Assembly (NCBI RefSeq): GCF_964194155.1
Contig: NC_135916.1
Coordinates: forward strand, 1,736,001-1,800,000
Origin: Cetorhinus maximus
Taxonomy: Eukaryota
Direction of reading: 5' to 3'
DNA: 64,000 bases
Shown here: one piece after another, positions 11,574-25,190 of the stretch
Numbering within the stretch: the first letter of the stretch is position 1
Layout of the letters: each line of letters starts with the position of its first letter
Translations under genes and position numbers: made by a program
Notes under the pieces: model-generated
Database searches by the model: none
Told to the model about the DNA's origin: nothing
Seen by the model: only the letters and a program-made list of their open reading frames with translations

Positions 11574-14445
11574 TTAGGCTAGTGCTACTGGGAGAAGTTC
11601 AGACTAATTCGGCAGGGGGATGGAACACAGAATTTTAGCAGAATAAGAACACAGCACAATCCAGTAAAACAATCAAGTCAGAGGGAGTACAGCTGCAATA
11701 AGCTTCAAGGGAGTAAGGCAAGGCTGGATGGCCTCTACTTTAGTGCCAGGAATATTGCAGGTAAAACGGATGAGTTAAGTGTGAGGTTTGACACGTGGAA
11801 TTGTGATATAGTAGCCATCACTGAGACGTGGTTGAGGGAAGGGCAGGATTGGCAGGTCAAAATTTCCGGGATATAGCATCTTCAGACGAGAGAGGGGAGG
11901 TGGTCAATGAGGAGGAGGTGTTGCATTATTAAATAAGGCGTCAGTTACTGCAGAATGCATGCATCAAATGAGGTTTTGTTGGTAGAGTTTAGGATTAAAC
12001 AGGGTCAACCACGTTATTAAGTGTTAATTATAGACCCCCAGATAGTTGGCGTTAAATTGAGGAGCAACTATGTGCACAATCTGGGAAGGTGTGTAAAAAG
12101 AATAACAATAGGGTAATTATATTAGGTGATTTCAACATTCCCAAAATTAATTGGGATAGACATAGTCTTAAGGGCTTGGACGGAGTGGATTTCTTGAAAT
12201 GTGTACAGGAGAACTTTTTAGGTCAATATGAAGATGGTCCAACAAGTGATGGTGCATAGCTGGAGCTAATTCAGGGGAATGAAGTCGGACAGGAGGCTGA
12301 AGTGGTGGTGGGCGAGCATTTTAGCGATTGCGACTACAACATGGTACACATTAAGTTTGTTATGGAAATAGAAATCGTCAAGTTGCAAAAAAAAATGTTT
12401 TGAATTGGAGGAGAGTGGATTTTAGTAAAATAAGGCATGATCTGGCCAAGGCAAACTGGGAAGAGTTAGTTGTGGGGACATGTACAGAGGAACGGAGGGG
12501 GGTATTCAAAAATGAAATGGGGAGGGTACTGGCTCGACACGTTCCCTCTATGGTGATAGGAAGGATTACCAAGCCCAGAGAACTATGGGTGACCAGAGTT
12601 ATTCAGGTTATGATGAGAAGGAAAAGAGAGGCTTTTAGCAGGTACAAGGGGAGCAAATCAACAGAGGCAATAGTGGAGTACAGACAGTGCAGGGTGGAGA
12701 TTATGAAAGCAATTAGGAGAACAAAGAGGGGATATGAGAAAGCTCTGGTTGGCAAAAGTAGGGAAAATCCCATGATATTCTATAAGTATATCAATGGGAA
12801 GAGGATAAACAGGGGATGAGTAGGGCCCATATCTGACAAAGGGGGCAATCTATGGGTGGAGCCAGAGGACATCACTAGAGTGTTGAATGAATACTTCACA
12901 TTCATCTTCAAACAAGAGAATGAGGATGAAGGTATCGAACTCAGGGAGAGAGACTGCGAGGTTCTTGAGCAAATTGATATAGGGAGTGACAAGGCATTGG
13001 AGGTGTTGGCAGGCTTAAAAGTGGACAAATATCCAGGTCCGGCTGATTTGTGTCCCAGACTGCTGAGGGAGGCAAGGGAGGAGAGGGGCTCTGGCCCGAA
13101 TTTTTAATTCCTCTCTGGCCACGGGGTGGTGCCAGAGGACTGGAGAACAACTAATGTGGTTCTGCTTTTAAGGGTTGTGGAGATAAGCTAGTGAACAAAA
13201 GGCCAGTGAAACTCACGTCAATGGTAGGGAAACTATTGGAGAAATTTCTGAAGGAGAATATCTATCTGCACTTTGAGAGGCAAGGTTTGATCAGGGATAG
13301 TAAGCATGGCTTTGTCAGAGGGAGGTCATGCCTAACAAATTTGTTTGACTTTTTTGAGGAGGTGACCAGGTGTGTAGATGAGGGTAGTGCAGTTGATGCA
13401 CTTTACATGGATTTCAGCAAAGCCATTGACAAATTCCCACATGGGAGACTAATAAAGAAGACAAATGCACATGGGATAAAAGATAATTTGATAAGACGGA
13501 TTCAAAATTGGCTTAGTTGTGGGAGGCAGAGGATGATGACAGAAGGATGCTTTAGTGACTGGAAACCAGCTTCCAGTTTCGTAGCACAGGGATCTATGCT
13601 CAGTCCCCTATTATTTGTCATTTATATAAACGACATAGATGACTATGTGGGGGGTAGGATTAGTAAGTTTGCAGATGAGACAACGATTGGCCGGGTGGTT
13701 AACAGTGGGGTTGAGTGTCTTGGGCTACAGGAAGATATAGATGGGATGGTAAAAAGGGCAGATAATTGGCAGATGGAATTTAACACTGAAAATTGTGAGG
13801 ATATACACTTTGGAAGGAGTAATTTGACAATGAAGTATTCAATGAACGGCATGGCGCTAGGAAGTTCTGAGGAAGAAAGGGACCTTGGCGTGCGTGTCCA
13901 TAGATCTCTGAATGAGGAGGGGCACATTAGTGGGGTGTTGAAAAAGGCATATCTAAAACTTGCCTTGATTAATCGAGGCATAGATTTCAAAAGTAGGGAT
14001 GTCATGTTGGAGTTGTATGGAACCTTGGTGTGGCCACAGCTGGAGTACTGTGTGCAGTTCTGGTCGCCACATTATAGGAAGGATGTGATTGCACTGGAGG
14101 GGTTGGAGAGGAGATTCACCAGGATGTTGACTGGGATGAAACATTTAAGTTATGAAGAGAGGTTGGATAGACTTGTGTTGTTTCCGTTGGAGCAGAGAAG
14201 CCAGAGGATCGACCTGATCTAGTTGTACAAGATTTTGAGGGTCATGGACAGGGTGGATAGGGAGCAGCTGTTCCCCTTACTTGAAGGGTCAGTCACAAAG
14301 GGGCATAAGTTGGCACGTCATAACATTCAAGGTGCTAATTTATGGTAAATGGGATAGGGTTGGTTGGTCAGGTGTTTCTCACGTGTCTGTGCAGAATCGA
14401 GGGTACGAAGGGCCTATTTTGCACTTTGATTCTGTGTTTCTGTGA
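11574..14445 (+). mobile_element. Long CR1 LINE copy (APE endonuclease plus RT, disrupted)
   Basis: DIVAITETWL endonuclease motif near 11805. RT ORF 13191-14222 contains HGF...RSCLTNL, YMDFSKA, QGSMLSPLLF and KFADE. Several stops and frameshifts. Inserted in a GA-rich tract. Confidence 0.92.
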
Positions 14446-15086
14446 GAGAGAGAGAAAGAGAGAGAGAGCAGTCTCTCTGTAACTACCATGTGTCAACATA
14501 ACATCGATTGGCCCTCATATCTATCATCGGATAGAGGCAGACATATTATCAGAGTTTCAATAGAATATGCGCACATCACAATTAATAATTGTGTTGTAAA
14601 TAACGGCTGGAACCATAGAGCGATATACTTCCCTTGAAATAGTTCAGTGAATGTTAATGAGTTGATTCCTGGAATGATATTGTTGACTGATGAGGGAATC
14701 ATGAGCAAGTTGAATTATAATCATTGGATCTTAGAAGATTGACAGGTTTTCTTTTTGAAAAACCGAAGATTCTGAAGCTGATCGGTAAAACTAATTTAAA
14801 ACTGACAGATCCCCAATAGGGAGAGTTGAGGCGATTCAGCTGCAGCTGATAATGGGCCAGAGGTAGACACATTCCTTTCACACAAACAGGGAAATGCCAG
14901 AGGGTGAGAAAATAGAATCCGAAATGTAATTTCGATAACCTCTGGAGCTCTCTGGAATAATTCGCCTAAAATTGTTCGATATGACACTAAGTGACTGACA
15001 GTTTCAATCTGATTCTGTTAAACTGGGTTCTTTAGGATCAGATATGAATTTCTGCGCGGTCACAGCAAACAAGTAGATTCACTGGG

Positions 15087-15248
15087 ATAAAGGCAACAAT
15101 CTGCGGGTGCTGGAAATCTGAAACAAAAACAAAAAATACTGGATAACCTCAGCATATGTGGGAGGCGGGGGTGGAGACAGTCTTCCTCTGCACAGATGTC
15201 GTCAGATCTGCTGAGTTTTTCCAGCATTTTATGTTTTTTTTTGTGACA
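15087..15248. mobile_element. Penelope-derived short insertion with 13-bp TSD
   Basis: TAGATTCACTGGG at 15074-15086 and 15249-15261. Empty paralogous site near 2160. Confidence 0.8.
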
Positions 15249-15409
15249 TAGATTCACTGGGCGGATTGATTTGCTAAACCGGTGAATGAACAGCAAAGAT
15301 GCTGCAGGGAGCGATATCAGTTTGAGCTTCATACAGGAATCGTCCACCCGCCTGAAACTCTGCCCGTTCCACACAGACCCATTGTGATGCTCAAGCTGGA
15401 GAACATAGA

Positions 15410-15620
15410 CTGAGGGGCGGAGCAAATGACGTTTGTTTTGTGACGTTTTATTCAGAGAAGCGCGTGCGCATTCCCGCCCTCGTTCAACTCCTCAGACATG
15501 GCTAGAAGAGCGCATGCGCTTCGCTTCTCCCAGACTCCGCCATTGAAGCTTTTCACTCAGTGAGCGGGAGACCTTTGTTTCAAACAGATAGAAATGGAAA
15601 TATTAGGGCCCGGGTAAGCG
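15410..15620 (+). promoter_or_regulatory. Module promoter and first-exon region, copy 1
   Basis: NRF1 motifs at 15460-15470 and 15510-15519, TGACG half-sites, GC box, donor GG|GTAAGC at 15614. Confidence 0.65.
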
Positions 15621-16859
15621 AGTAAACAGCGTTCTGATTCCAGCAGGGCCCCGGTTTGTCAGTGTGGGCACAGAAATCATCATCGACTCGGGGTAAGTTC
15701 GGGGGAACCGGGGGCTGTTTGTAAGAGGCGGAACGGAGCGGGAACGTGTTCCGGAACCTGGAGTGAGCGGGTGGACGGGGAGAGGCCTTTCTGGGGCTGT
15801 GTGTGGCCCTGCTGAGGGAGACACAACCTGAGGAAGCTGCAATTGAAAACTATTGGGATTTTCTCCCCCCAATCCTGTAATGCATATTCCAAGTATAGCT
15901 GCTGATTCATGCAACTTGTCGGGATTTGGACAGTGAACAGTGGAAACAGGCGGACAGAGAGGATGGGGAACAATCATGTAAATATCACCCATCACAGGCA
16001 CCAGCTTTTCAAGTGATAAGTGTTAAAGAACCATTGTCGCAGCGGCTGTTGGTTTCAGTTGACGGCTCTTCCAATGGGAGCTGGAGATTGAAACCTGACC
16101 TGCATCAATGTACCTGTCCCCTCGGGTAGTGACATCCTTGGAGGAGGACAGGTCAGGACTGTTTCTGAATTTTACTCAAACGTTTGAAAAGTACCGAAGC
16201 AGATTGCTGAAGTGGAATCAGAGACTGTACTTTTTTATTATTCTTTATAATTTGTAGCGCATTAATAAAATTGATTATCAGTTGACAGGTTACGTTGATC
16301 TATTTTCTTTCAAAACCTCAGCAGATCTTTACTTACAAGAGATATGTTTCTACCTCTAGGCAAATACATGAAGGGATCGTTTTCAAGCTGTTGATTTCCC
16401 AACCAAAATAAAAGTGCAGCCATCTCATTCTTACTGACAGCAGGTATGATATTACTCACAGAGTGCAGAGATACAGACAGAACATCATTTCCACCATCAC
16501 CATGGACAGAAATAGTCAGAGTCAAATTGAAGTCATACCAGATACATGTGCTTAATCCAACAGTCAAACGCTCAGAGGGCAGGCGGGGTTGGGGAGATGG
16601 TTGGAATAATCACAATACACTCCTACTCAGTACCTCTGAATGGCAGGTCCACCAATTTCAGTCCAAACTCACAACCAATATCAGATTGAAGCACGCTCCA
16701 TTCATGTCACAAGAGTGGAACATTGGCTGCAATTTAAATGTCAGGTAATAAAGCTGATTGAAATTCACTGAATTAATCCTTGAATGTACCCAGCATTCAT
16801 AAAGCAATGCAATAGACTCAACACCAAAGATCTCACACAGTATCATACATTTATTTTAT

Positions 16860-17340
16860 TCATTCTTGAGTTGTTTGCTTTGCTGGCTGGGACAGCATTT
16901 AGTTGCCCTTGGGAAGGCAGCATATTTCCATCTCAGAATGGTGAGGCACCTGGAGGGGAATTTCCAGGTGGCGGTGTTATCATCGATCTGCTGCCCTTGT
17001 CCCTCAGGGAGGACAGGGCTGAGATTGCCATTGTCGATGATCTTTTTGTAGCCATTTGTTACAATTGAGTGGCTAGCTAGGCCATTTCTGAGAGCATTTA
17101 ATTGTGGGTGTAGAGTCACATGTACATGGACGACAGATTTCATTCTCTAAAGGATATTAGTGAACCAGAAGGGTTTTTACCAAAATCGACAATGGTTTCA
17201 TAGTGATCATTAATTCAATTCATATTTTTATTGATTTTAAATTACACCATCTGCAGTGTCAGGGTTCGAACCCAGAGCATTACCCTGCCTCTCCAGATTA
17301 CTAGTCCAATGACAATACAACTACGCCATCACCTGCTCCT
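16860..17340 (-). mobile_element. DeuSINE (SacSINE1-like), paralog of 3675-4293
   Basis: B box GGGTTCGAACCC near 17262, Deu-like core and LINE-derived tail. Confidence 0.75.
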
Positions 17341-20035
17341 GGTAATGATAAAGTACTTATTCATTAATACAGTCATGAATACACATCACATGCCAGAGCA
17401 ATATTTTCAGAATAGTTATATCGACAGATCTCTACAAACAAGAAAGTTTAAAACTTAACTCACAAAGCAGATATTGACAAGTACAGTGAATAACATAACA
17501 CCACTCTCATAGGAGGGACTGACAGATACAGAAGAAAGCTACATTCCCATAAGAGGGGCAGACACTTAAATTATAAAACCACAGACACATTCCAGAGATA
17601 GAGGGGTGTTGAATATAATCAATTTTGCCATGCCAGACTTTTCAAAATAGGAAGAGGTTGGGTACCGAGAAATCAGATGTTGATAGCTACAGTAATATCA
17701 GACCTGAAAATGCATCAAAACTCATAAGTTGCTGAGTAAAACATAACAGCCTGTATGAAAGACCAAGAGATACAGTCAGGGGTAGTGCAGGGGATGTTAG
17801 TGTGGGGGGAGGTCCTTGCTCACACACTAAATTGAAAGCTGCAATGTGAATATCACACTTAAGTAATACAGGCTGACATGTTCACAGCAAAATCGACAAT
17901 GGCCTACAAGGTGCATGCAGACCATGGGAAAAGACAATACTCGCACACAAGAATATCATAGGCATAGACTAAACCTTCTCATACCAGGGATTGACAGCAA
18001 ATGAGTAAAGTCTCACTCATTTGAAATAATTTTTCCATGCTCACATTTCTGATCCTGACACAAAGAACAGGAAAATGAATCACACTGACATTTCACAGCA
18101 TTGCAGATACAGAACATAATATGCAAATCCACATACCTGTAACTAAGAGGCAATGAGTAAAAATATGCATTACACGTCAGAAACAGTGAAAGTAAGATGC
18201 TTACTCGCAAATCAGGCACAGGCAGGTGCTGAGTAATAGCCACAAATGCATTACAGAGAGTCAATGATCCAGAGTAAAGCCCAGAATCAATTACAAACAT
18301 TCATAGAACAAATCACACAGTCACACAGCAGCAAATAACTAGGTGCATTTTGGAATCCCCATTCACAGGCAGGAAACAAATAAACCCCATAGTAAGATGT
18401 TAAAAAGTGAAAGATACAGTGTGATCCCACATTCACATAGCGGAATATAAATAGTGGAGAAGAAATAAATTTCTTCTATACTAAAGACCGGCAGGTAAAT
18501 GTACACGCACACACACACACACATACACACATGCACAGACACACACTTACCTGCAATCTCAAAATTATATGACATTGGGCTACCATTTCTCCTTGAGCCC
18601 CAACGCCAAGCTACAGATTTCCCATCTAAAATAATCGTGCAGCTCTTTGCTTCGAATTGACATAGGTACATTATTGTTCAAAGAGCACAGACAGAACAGC
18701 AGTTCCACCATCACTGAGAGCAGGAATCAGACTCACATTGATCTCAAGTTTCAGATAGACGTGTTCAACGCAACAGTCAAATACAACAGGGGAGACAGAA
18801 TATTTCTCCCCAATTCACACTCACTGAGCACCGCAGAATGGTAGGTCCATCAATCTCAGTCCAAAACCACAAACACTATCAGATTGAAAGGCACCTCATT
18901 CATTTCAGAAGAGTGCAGTCTTAGCTACAGATAGTGCAACTGACTGAAATGTACAAAATTAATCTGTAGAATGTACATAGGTTCTCTCAGAGGAACACAT
19001 TGAATCCCTCTCCAAAGATCTCATACTATATCTAAAATAAAGAGAAAGTGTAATTTTAATTAATACGTCATGGATACACAACACATGCCGGTTTAATATT
19101 CTCACTATGATTCATAACGTAAGATCATTACACACTGAATCAATCAGATTTGACATACACAGCATGTGAATTCAAGCGTCTCATTATCATTCACAAATAC
19201 TTTTGCTGAGTTGCAGCCTGAATGCTATACCTTAGTTCACATTAAATAAAAGAATAAAACTGGTCTTTGATAAATGCAAAGTTTCATTTTAAAATTTGCA
19301 ACAGAGCTAGGAAACATTAATAGATTAATGCATTGGAGAAATAGTTTTCAGAATTATTAATGTGATACATGTTATGTACAGAACAAAACTTCACATGTAC
19401 AATAATGGAGTTATATACACAGAGGATAAATTTGAGATACACAAACAGTATAATAACTGAGATTTAGGGAATTAATTGCAACATAGGTAATGGTCACAGG
19501 GTAGACACTTAAATTTCATTAAAATTAATTCCAAAGCTGCATCCTGTACCAGAGAAAGACAAATGGGAAATGAGCCCTGCACACTCCCACACAAACACTC
19601 ACACACTCGCGGGTTCTTGCACTAATACACACAGACAAACATACATATACACAAATGTACACACCATCTGTTGCACACATACACAAACATACACACATAA
19701 AAAATCACACACATGCACACAAACATACACACAGGCCCTCACACACACAGACGCACAAACACACACTTGCATAAATAAATGCACACAGTAACAAACTTGC
19801 ACTTTCTCTCCGACACACACAGTCATGCAGATTTTCACAAACATTCACACCTGCAGACACAAATACTTACACACACACACACAGACAAACACACAAGAAT
19901 CATCTGTGAGTATATACATGGATCATTGACAGCATCTAAGTAATTAAGTGCTGGTCTGGTAGTTAAGAAGCAGGTATTACGGTAGTAATTTAAACATACG
20001 CAGCTGAATATTAGCAGGACTATATACATTGGTAG

Positions 20036-21650
20036 TTCATAAGAACATAAGAACTAGGAGCAGGAGTAGGCAATTCAGCCCCTCAAGCCTGCCCCACCAT
20101 TCAATACAATCATGGCTGATCTTATTTCGACTTCAACTCCAATTTCCCGCCCTCTCCTCATGACCTTTCAACCCGTTACTAATTAAAAATCTGTCTATCT
20201 CCTCCTTTAATTTATTCAGTGCCCCGGCTTCCATTGCACTCTGTGGCAGTGAATTCCACAGATTCATGACCTTTTGAGAAAAGTAATTCCTCCACATCAC
20301 TGATTTAAATCTACCACCCCTTAGCCTAAAACTATGGACTCTCGTTCTAGAGTGCCCCACAAGGTGAATCTACCACTCCTCGTCTATTTTGTCGATTCCC
20401 TTTGGAATCTTATATACCTCAATTAGATTTCCTCTCATCCTTTTATACTCCAGCGAGTATAGGCCTAAACTGCTTAATCACTCCTCATAAGACCAGCCCC
20501 ACATCTCTGGAATCAATCTAGTGAACCTCCTCTGAACTGCCTCCAGTGCAACTACATCGGTCCTCAAGTAAGGGGACCAAAACTGAGCACAGTACTCCAG
20601 GTGCGGTCTCACCAATGCCTTGTACAGTTGCAGCAATACTTGCCTATTTTTATACTCTTTTCCTTTAGTAATAAATGCCAATATTCCATCTGCCTTCCTT
20701 ATTACCTGCTGTACCTGCATATTAGCTTTTAGCGATTCATGCACGAGGTCACCCAGATCCCTCTGCACTGAAGCATTCTGCAGTTTCTCTCCATTTAAAT
20801 AATAAGTCGCCTTTTTATTCTTCCAACAAAAATGGATAAACTCACACTTATCCACGTTAAATTCAAATTGCCCTTTCAGCTAACCTGTCCATATCCATTT
20901 GAAAATTTGTTATTTCTTCATTGCAACTTACTTTCCCACCTATTTTGGTGTCGTCTGAAAAATTTAGCTATCGGAACTTCTATGCCTGAATCCAAATCAT
21001 TAATATAGATTGAAAATAAATGGGGCCCATTGACCAAACCCTGTGGCACCCCACAACTTGCCATCCAGAAAAATACACATTTTTCCCGAATCTCTGCTTT
21101 CTGTTGGTTAGCCAATCCTCTATCCAAACTAATACATTACCCCTAATCTTCTGTGATATTACCTTGCGTATTAGTCTTTTGTGCAGCACCTTATCAAAGG
21201 CCTTCTTGAAGTACAGATATACAACATCTACAGGATCCCCATTACCCACTTTGCTTGACACATCTTCAAAGAACTCTAGCAAATTAGTCAAGCACGATTT
21301 ACTCTTCATAAAACCATGCTGACTCTGATGGATTGCATTTTGACTTTCCAAATGCACCATTACTTCTTCCTTAATAATGGATTCCAACAATTTCCCAATG
21401 ACAGACGTTATACTAACTGGTCTATAGTTTACTACTTTCTCCCTCCCCCCCTTTTTGAATAAGGGCGTTATGTGAGCATCTTTCCAAACCACTGGAACCT
21501 TTCCAGAATCCAGGGAATTTTGGAATATTATAGCCAATGCATTCACTACCTATGTTGCCACTTCCTTTAAGACCCTGGGATGTAGGCCATCAGGTGCTGG
21601 GGACTTGTCACCCTTTAATCCCAATAGTTTGCTCAGTTATTTTCTCTATT
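20036..21650 (-). mobile_element. CR1 LINE, 5'-truncated RT region
   Basis: Encodes NYRPVSITSVIGKLLE, SQHGFMKSKSCLTNLLEF and LVRPHLEYCAQFWSP. Has a (TTCTTATG)n tail. Confidence 0.9.
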
Positions 21651-23659
21651 GAAGGTGCAGTAAACATTAGACACTTAGTCAAATGTAACAGGATAGTGAC
21701 ACACAACTGATTGACTGCAGGTTAAGATTCTGTTCCAGTTACCTAATTTACAAAAATATATAAAAGTGAAAGCACTAAAAACACACAAAATAAAAGTCAC
21801 ATTCACTGAAAAATGGCTGACATATAAATATAAAACATACCAGACACTGACAGCTTGAAAATAAGTTTCACCAAGGCACGCATGCAAGAGACAGAAAGAT
21901 ACCGAGTGAAATCACACTCAAATACTAGAAACTGACTGGCATGAAATTAAAATGCATAAATTATACTGGATAATGAGAGATATTAGTGAAAATGCAATTC
22001 AAAAAACGAAAAGATATTAAACCTTATGTCACCAAGTACATAATGACAAGTACAGAGAACATATTAACACCTCTCACTTAGCAGAGACTGCTAGAAACAC
22101 AAAAAATATGGATTTCCATAACAGAGACCGAGAGTGATAATGTATCATCAACAACACATTCAAGACAGAGTGATACAGAATTAAACCAACTCTTCCAGAA
22201 CTGAACTGTGAAAAAGGGAGGAACACTCTTACTCAAATAACAGACATTGATAGATACAGGAAAAACACACATAAACATGACTTCAAATGTGTAAGGTCCT
22301 GAATAAAACTACTCATCACATACCAAAAACGGAGGGATACAGGGAAGTAAAGGTCAGGAGCTCAAATAAAATTGAAAATGCAACCTCAGACTCAGGCTCA
22401 AATAACGGTGCCTGACGGGTTCACAAGAAAACTGACAAGACATATGACAGGCAGACAGACAGAGAAAAAAGACAATTATCCAGTACTAGAATCTGTTAAG
22501 GACAGAATGAACCCTACATTCTCATACAGAGGACAGACATTAAATGATTAAATCCTCACTCATTTACAATAAACTAAGGACACAGGATCATTTTCATGCT
22601 CACATATGTGACCCTGAAATGTTAGGGGGGGATATACAGTCACGCTGATATATCACAGAGGTACAGGTACAGGATTAGATCCACCCACATACACACATCT
22701 TAGCAAATGAGAGTTAATAGTAAAACACACATTCCATGTCAGAAGCAGGCAAAAAAACTCAAACATATACTCACAACTCAGGCACAAGCAAGTAGAGAGT
22801 AATAGCTACACTCACATTACAGAGACTGACATATGCATAGTAAAGGCCAGCAGCAATTACACGTATGTTGGGAACAATACAGTCACACGAGCAAATAACA
22901 GGGAACAGTGTTGAATCCTAATTCACAGACTGTAAAGAATTAAAATCACAGTAATTGAAGAAAAGCTAAGGGATACACATCCACTTGGCACAATATAAAA
23001 TTTGCAGTACAAATAAATCCTCACATACTCGAAACTGGCAGGTACAGAAAACACAGATACACACAAAGTAACAACTGAGAGTTACAGAGCAAAATCTCCA
23101 TTCAATTATTGCAAACTGTCAAAATGAAAGCCAAAATTAACCATTAGAAACTGCCAGATGCACTTGCTGGAAATAACATATATGGGGGACAAACAAAGAA
23201 AATGTGGGGAATAATCAGCGAGTTTGGGACCATCTGTGGAGAAAAAAACAAGACAAAACATTTCAGCTCAATGGCGCTTCATCAGTTCGGAGTTTTCAAA
23301 CAAATGGCAGTTTTGTTTCTGTCTCCACAAATGTTGCCAGATCTGCTCAGTATTTCCAGCATGTTTGATTTTTCTTCTTGAGATTTCCAATATCCACCGT
23401 ATTTGGAATTTGCATTAGCTGCAGATTTAAACCTTCATGCCATAAACTGACAAGGACAAAGGAAATCCCATATTCAAATCGGAGAAATCAACAGGTTCTG
23501 ACCAGAAGCACTGTTCAGTTCATCAGAAATTAACTGGAACAGAGCAAAATATATCACTTGCAAATCAGAGATATGAATACAGAACAAAATACACAGATCC
23601 CAAACATTAACTAACTGGTACAGCTGAAATCCATTATCACATATCAGGCATGGAAAGAG

Positions 23660-25190
23660 AGAAATTAGGAGCAGGAGTAGGTCATTTGCCCTGTTGAGCC
23701 TGCTCTGCCATTCAATTTAATCATGGCTGCCCTATATCTCAACACCATCCAACCACACTGTTATCATAGCCTTGTCCCTTTGGAGTCTTGAAATCAATCC
23801 ATTTCGCTCTTAAATATATTCCGTGACTTGCCTTTCACAGTGTTCTATCATAGAGAATTGCACAGGTTTACCACCCTCTGATTGAAGAAGTTTCTCCTCA
23901 TCTCAGTTCTATACCATCTACCCTGCATCCTGAGATTGTGACCCCTTGTTCTAGACCCCCAGCCAGAGGAAACATCATCCCTGCACCCAATCATTCCAGC
24001 CCTGTCAGAATGTTACACCTTTCATTGAGACACCCTCTCATCCTTTTAAACTCCAGTGAAAACAGGCCTACTTGAACCAAACTCTCCTCAGAGGACAATC
24101 CTGCCATCTCCGGAATCACTCTGGTGAATCTTCGCTGCACTCCTCTTATGATAAATATATCCTCCCTTAGGTAAGGAGACCAAAACTGCACACAATACTC
24201 CAGGAGTGGTCTTGCCAAGGCCCTGTATAGCTGCAGTTAGACATCCTTGCTCCTGCAATCAACCATGTCATGATGAAGGCCAACATATCATTTGCCTTCT
24301 TAAGTGCTACGTGCACCTGCATGCTTGCTCTCAGTGATTGTTGTGCATGGGTACCCAGCTCCCTTTTTAGTTCAACATTTCCCAGTCTATCACCATGTAA
24401 ATAATACTCTCCCATGTGGTCTTTTCAACTGATGTGGATAACTTCACACTGATTGGAGGTGGTTCAGAGAAGCTTTACTAGATAGTTACCTAGAATGAGT
24501 GTGATGTCTTATAAGAAAAGGTTGGACAGACTGTGCTTGTTTCCACTGGGTCTCAGAAGAGTGAGGGGTGATTGATTGATGTATACAAGATCCTGAGTGG
24601 CCTTGAAGTTGCGGATACCAAGAGGATGTTTCCTGAAATAGGGGGCACTGTTTCTAAATTAGATATCGCCCTTTTTGGACATGGGTGAGGATATTTTTTT
24701 CTCTCTCAGAGGGCTGTGTGACTTTGGAAATCTCTGCCTCAGAACGTAGTGGAGGCAGGGTCATTGAGATCTTTTAAGGCAGAGGTAGATAGATTCTTAA
24801 TAGGCAAGGGAATCAAAGGTTATGGGGGTAGATGATAATATGGGGATTGAAACACAAAGAAATCAGCCATGATCTTATTGAATGATGAGGCAGGCTCGAG
24901 GGGCCAAATGGCCTTCTCCTGTTCCTATTTCTTCTGTTCTTATGTTCATAATCGATGTTTTAAAGCATCTGCCATGTATTTGCCCAACTCAATCAACTTG
25001 TCTAAATGGCCTTGAATCCACGTGACACCCTCCCCACCACTCACATCCCCACCAAGTTTCATGTCATCAGCAAACTTGGAAATAATACTTCTGGTTTCCT
25101 CATGCAAATTATTGTAATATATTGTGAACAGCTGAGGCCTAAACACTGATCCCTGCGGTACCCCATGGAGTCACTTTCATATCTATTCTT
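23660..25190 (-). mobile_element. Old CR1 LINE fragment interrupted by a nested LINE
   Basis: Encodes RPLLEYCVQFWSPYL and SKFADDMKLGG on either side of the insertion at 24451-24947. Confidence 0.85.
24451..24947 (+). mobile_element. CR1 3' fragment nested in the opposite orientation
   Basis: LEVVQRSFTR-like start and tail GTTCCTATTTCTTCTGTTCTTATGTTC. Confidence 0.8.

Noticed and set aside
13191-14222. 343-aa reverse transcriptase ORF as an active or domesticated gene
   Set aside because: The surrounding ORF2 is broken by stops and frameshifts, the catalytic motif reads FADE rather than FADD, and the region is deleted in the sister copy.
19570-19900. His/Thr-rich and Cys/Val-rich ORFs (also 6467-6710, 39295-39765, 47945-48582)
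   Set aside because: Translations of (CA)n/(TG)n low-complexity tracts.
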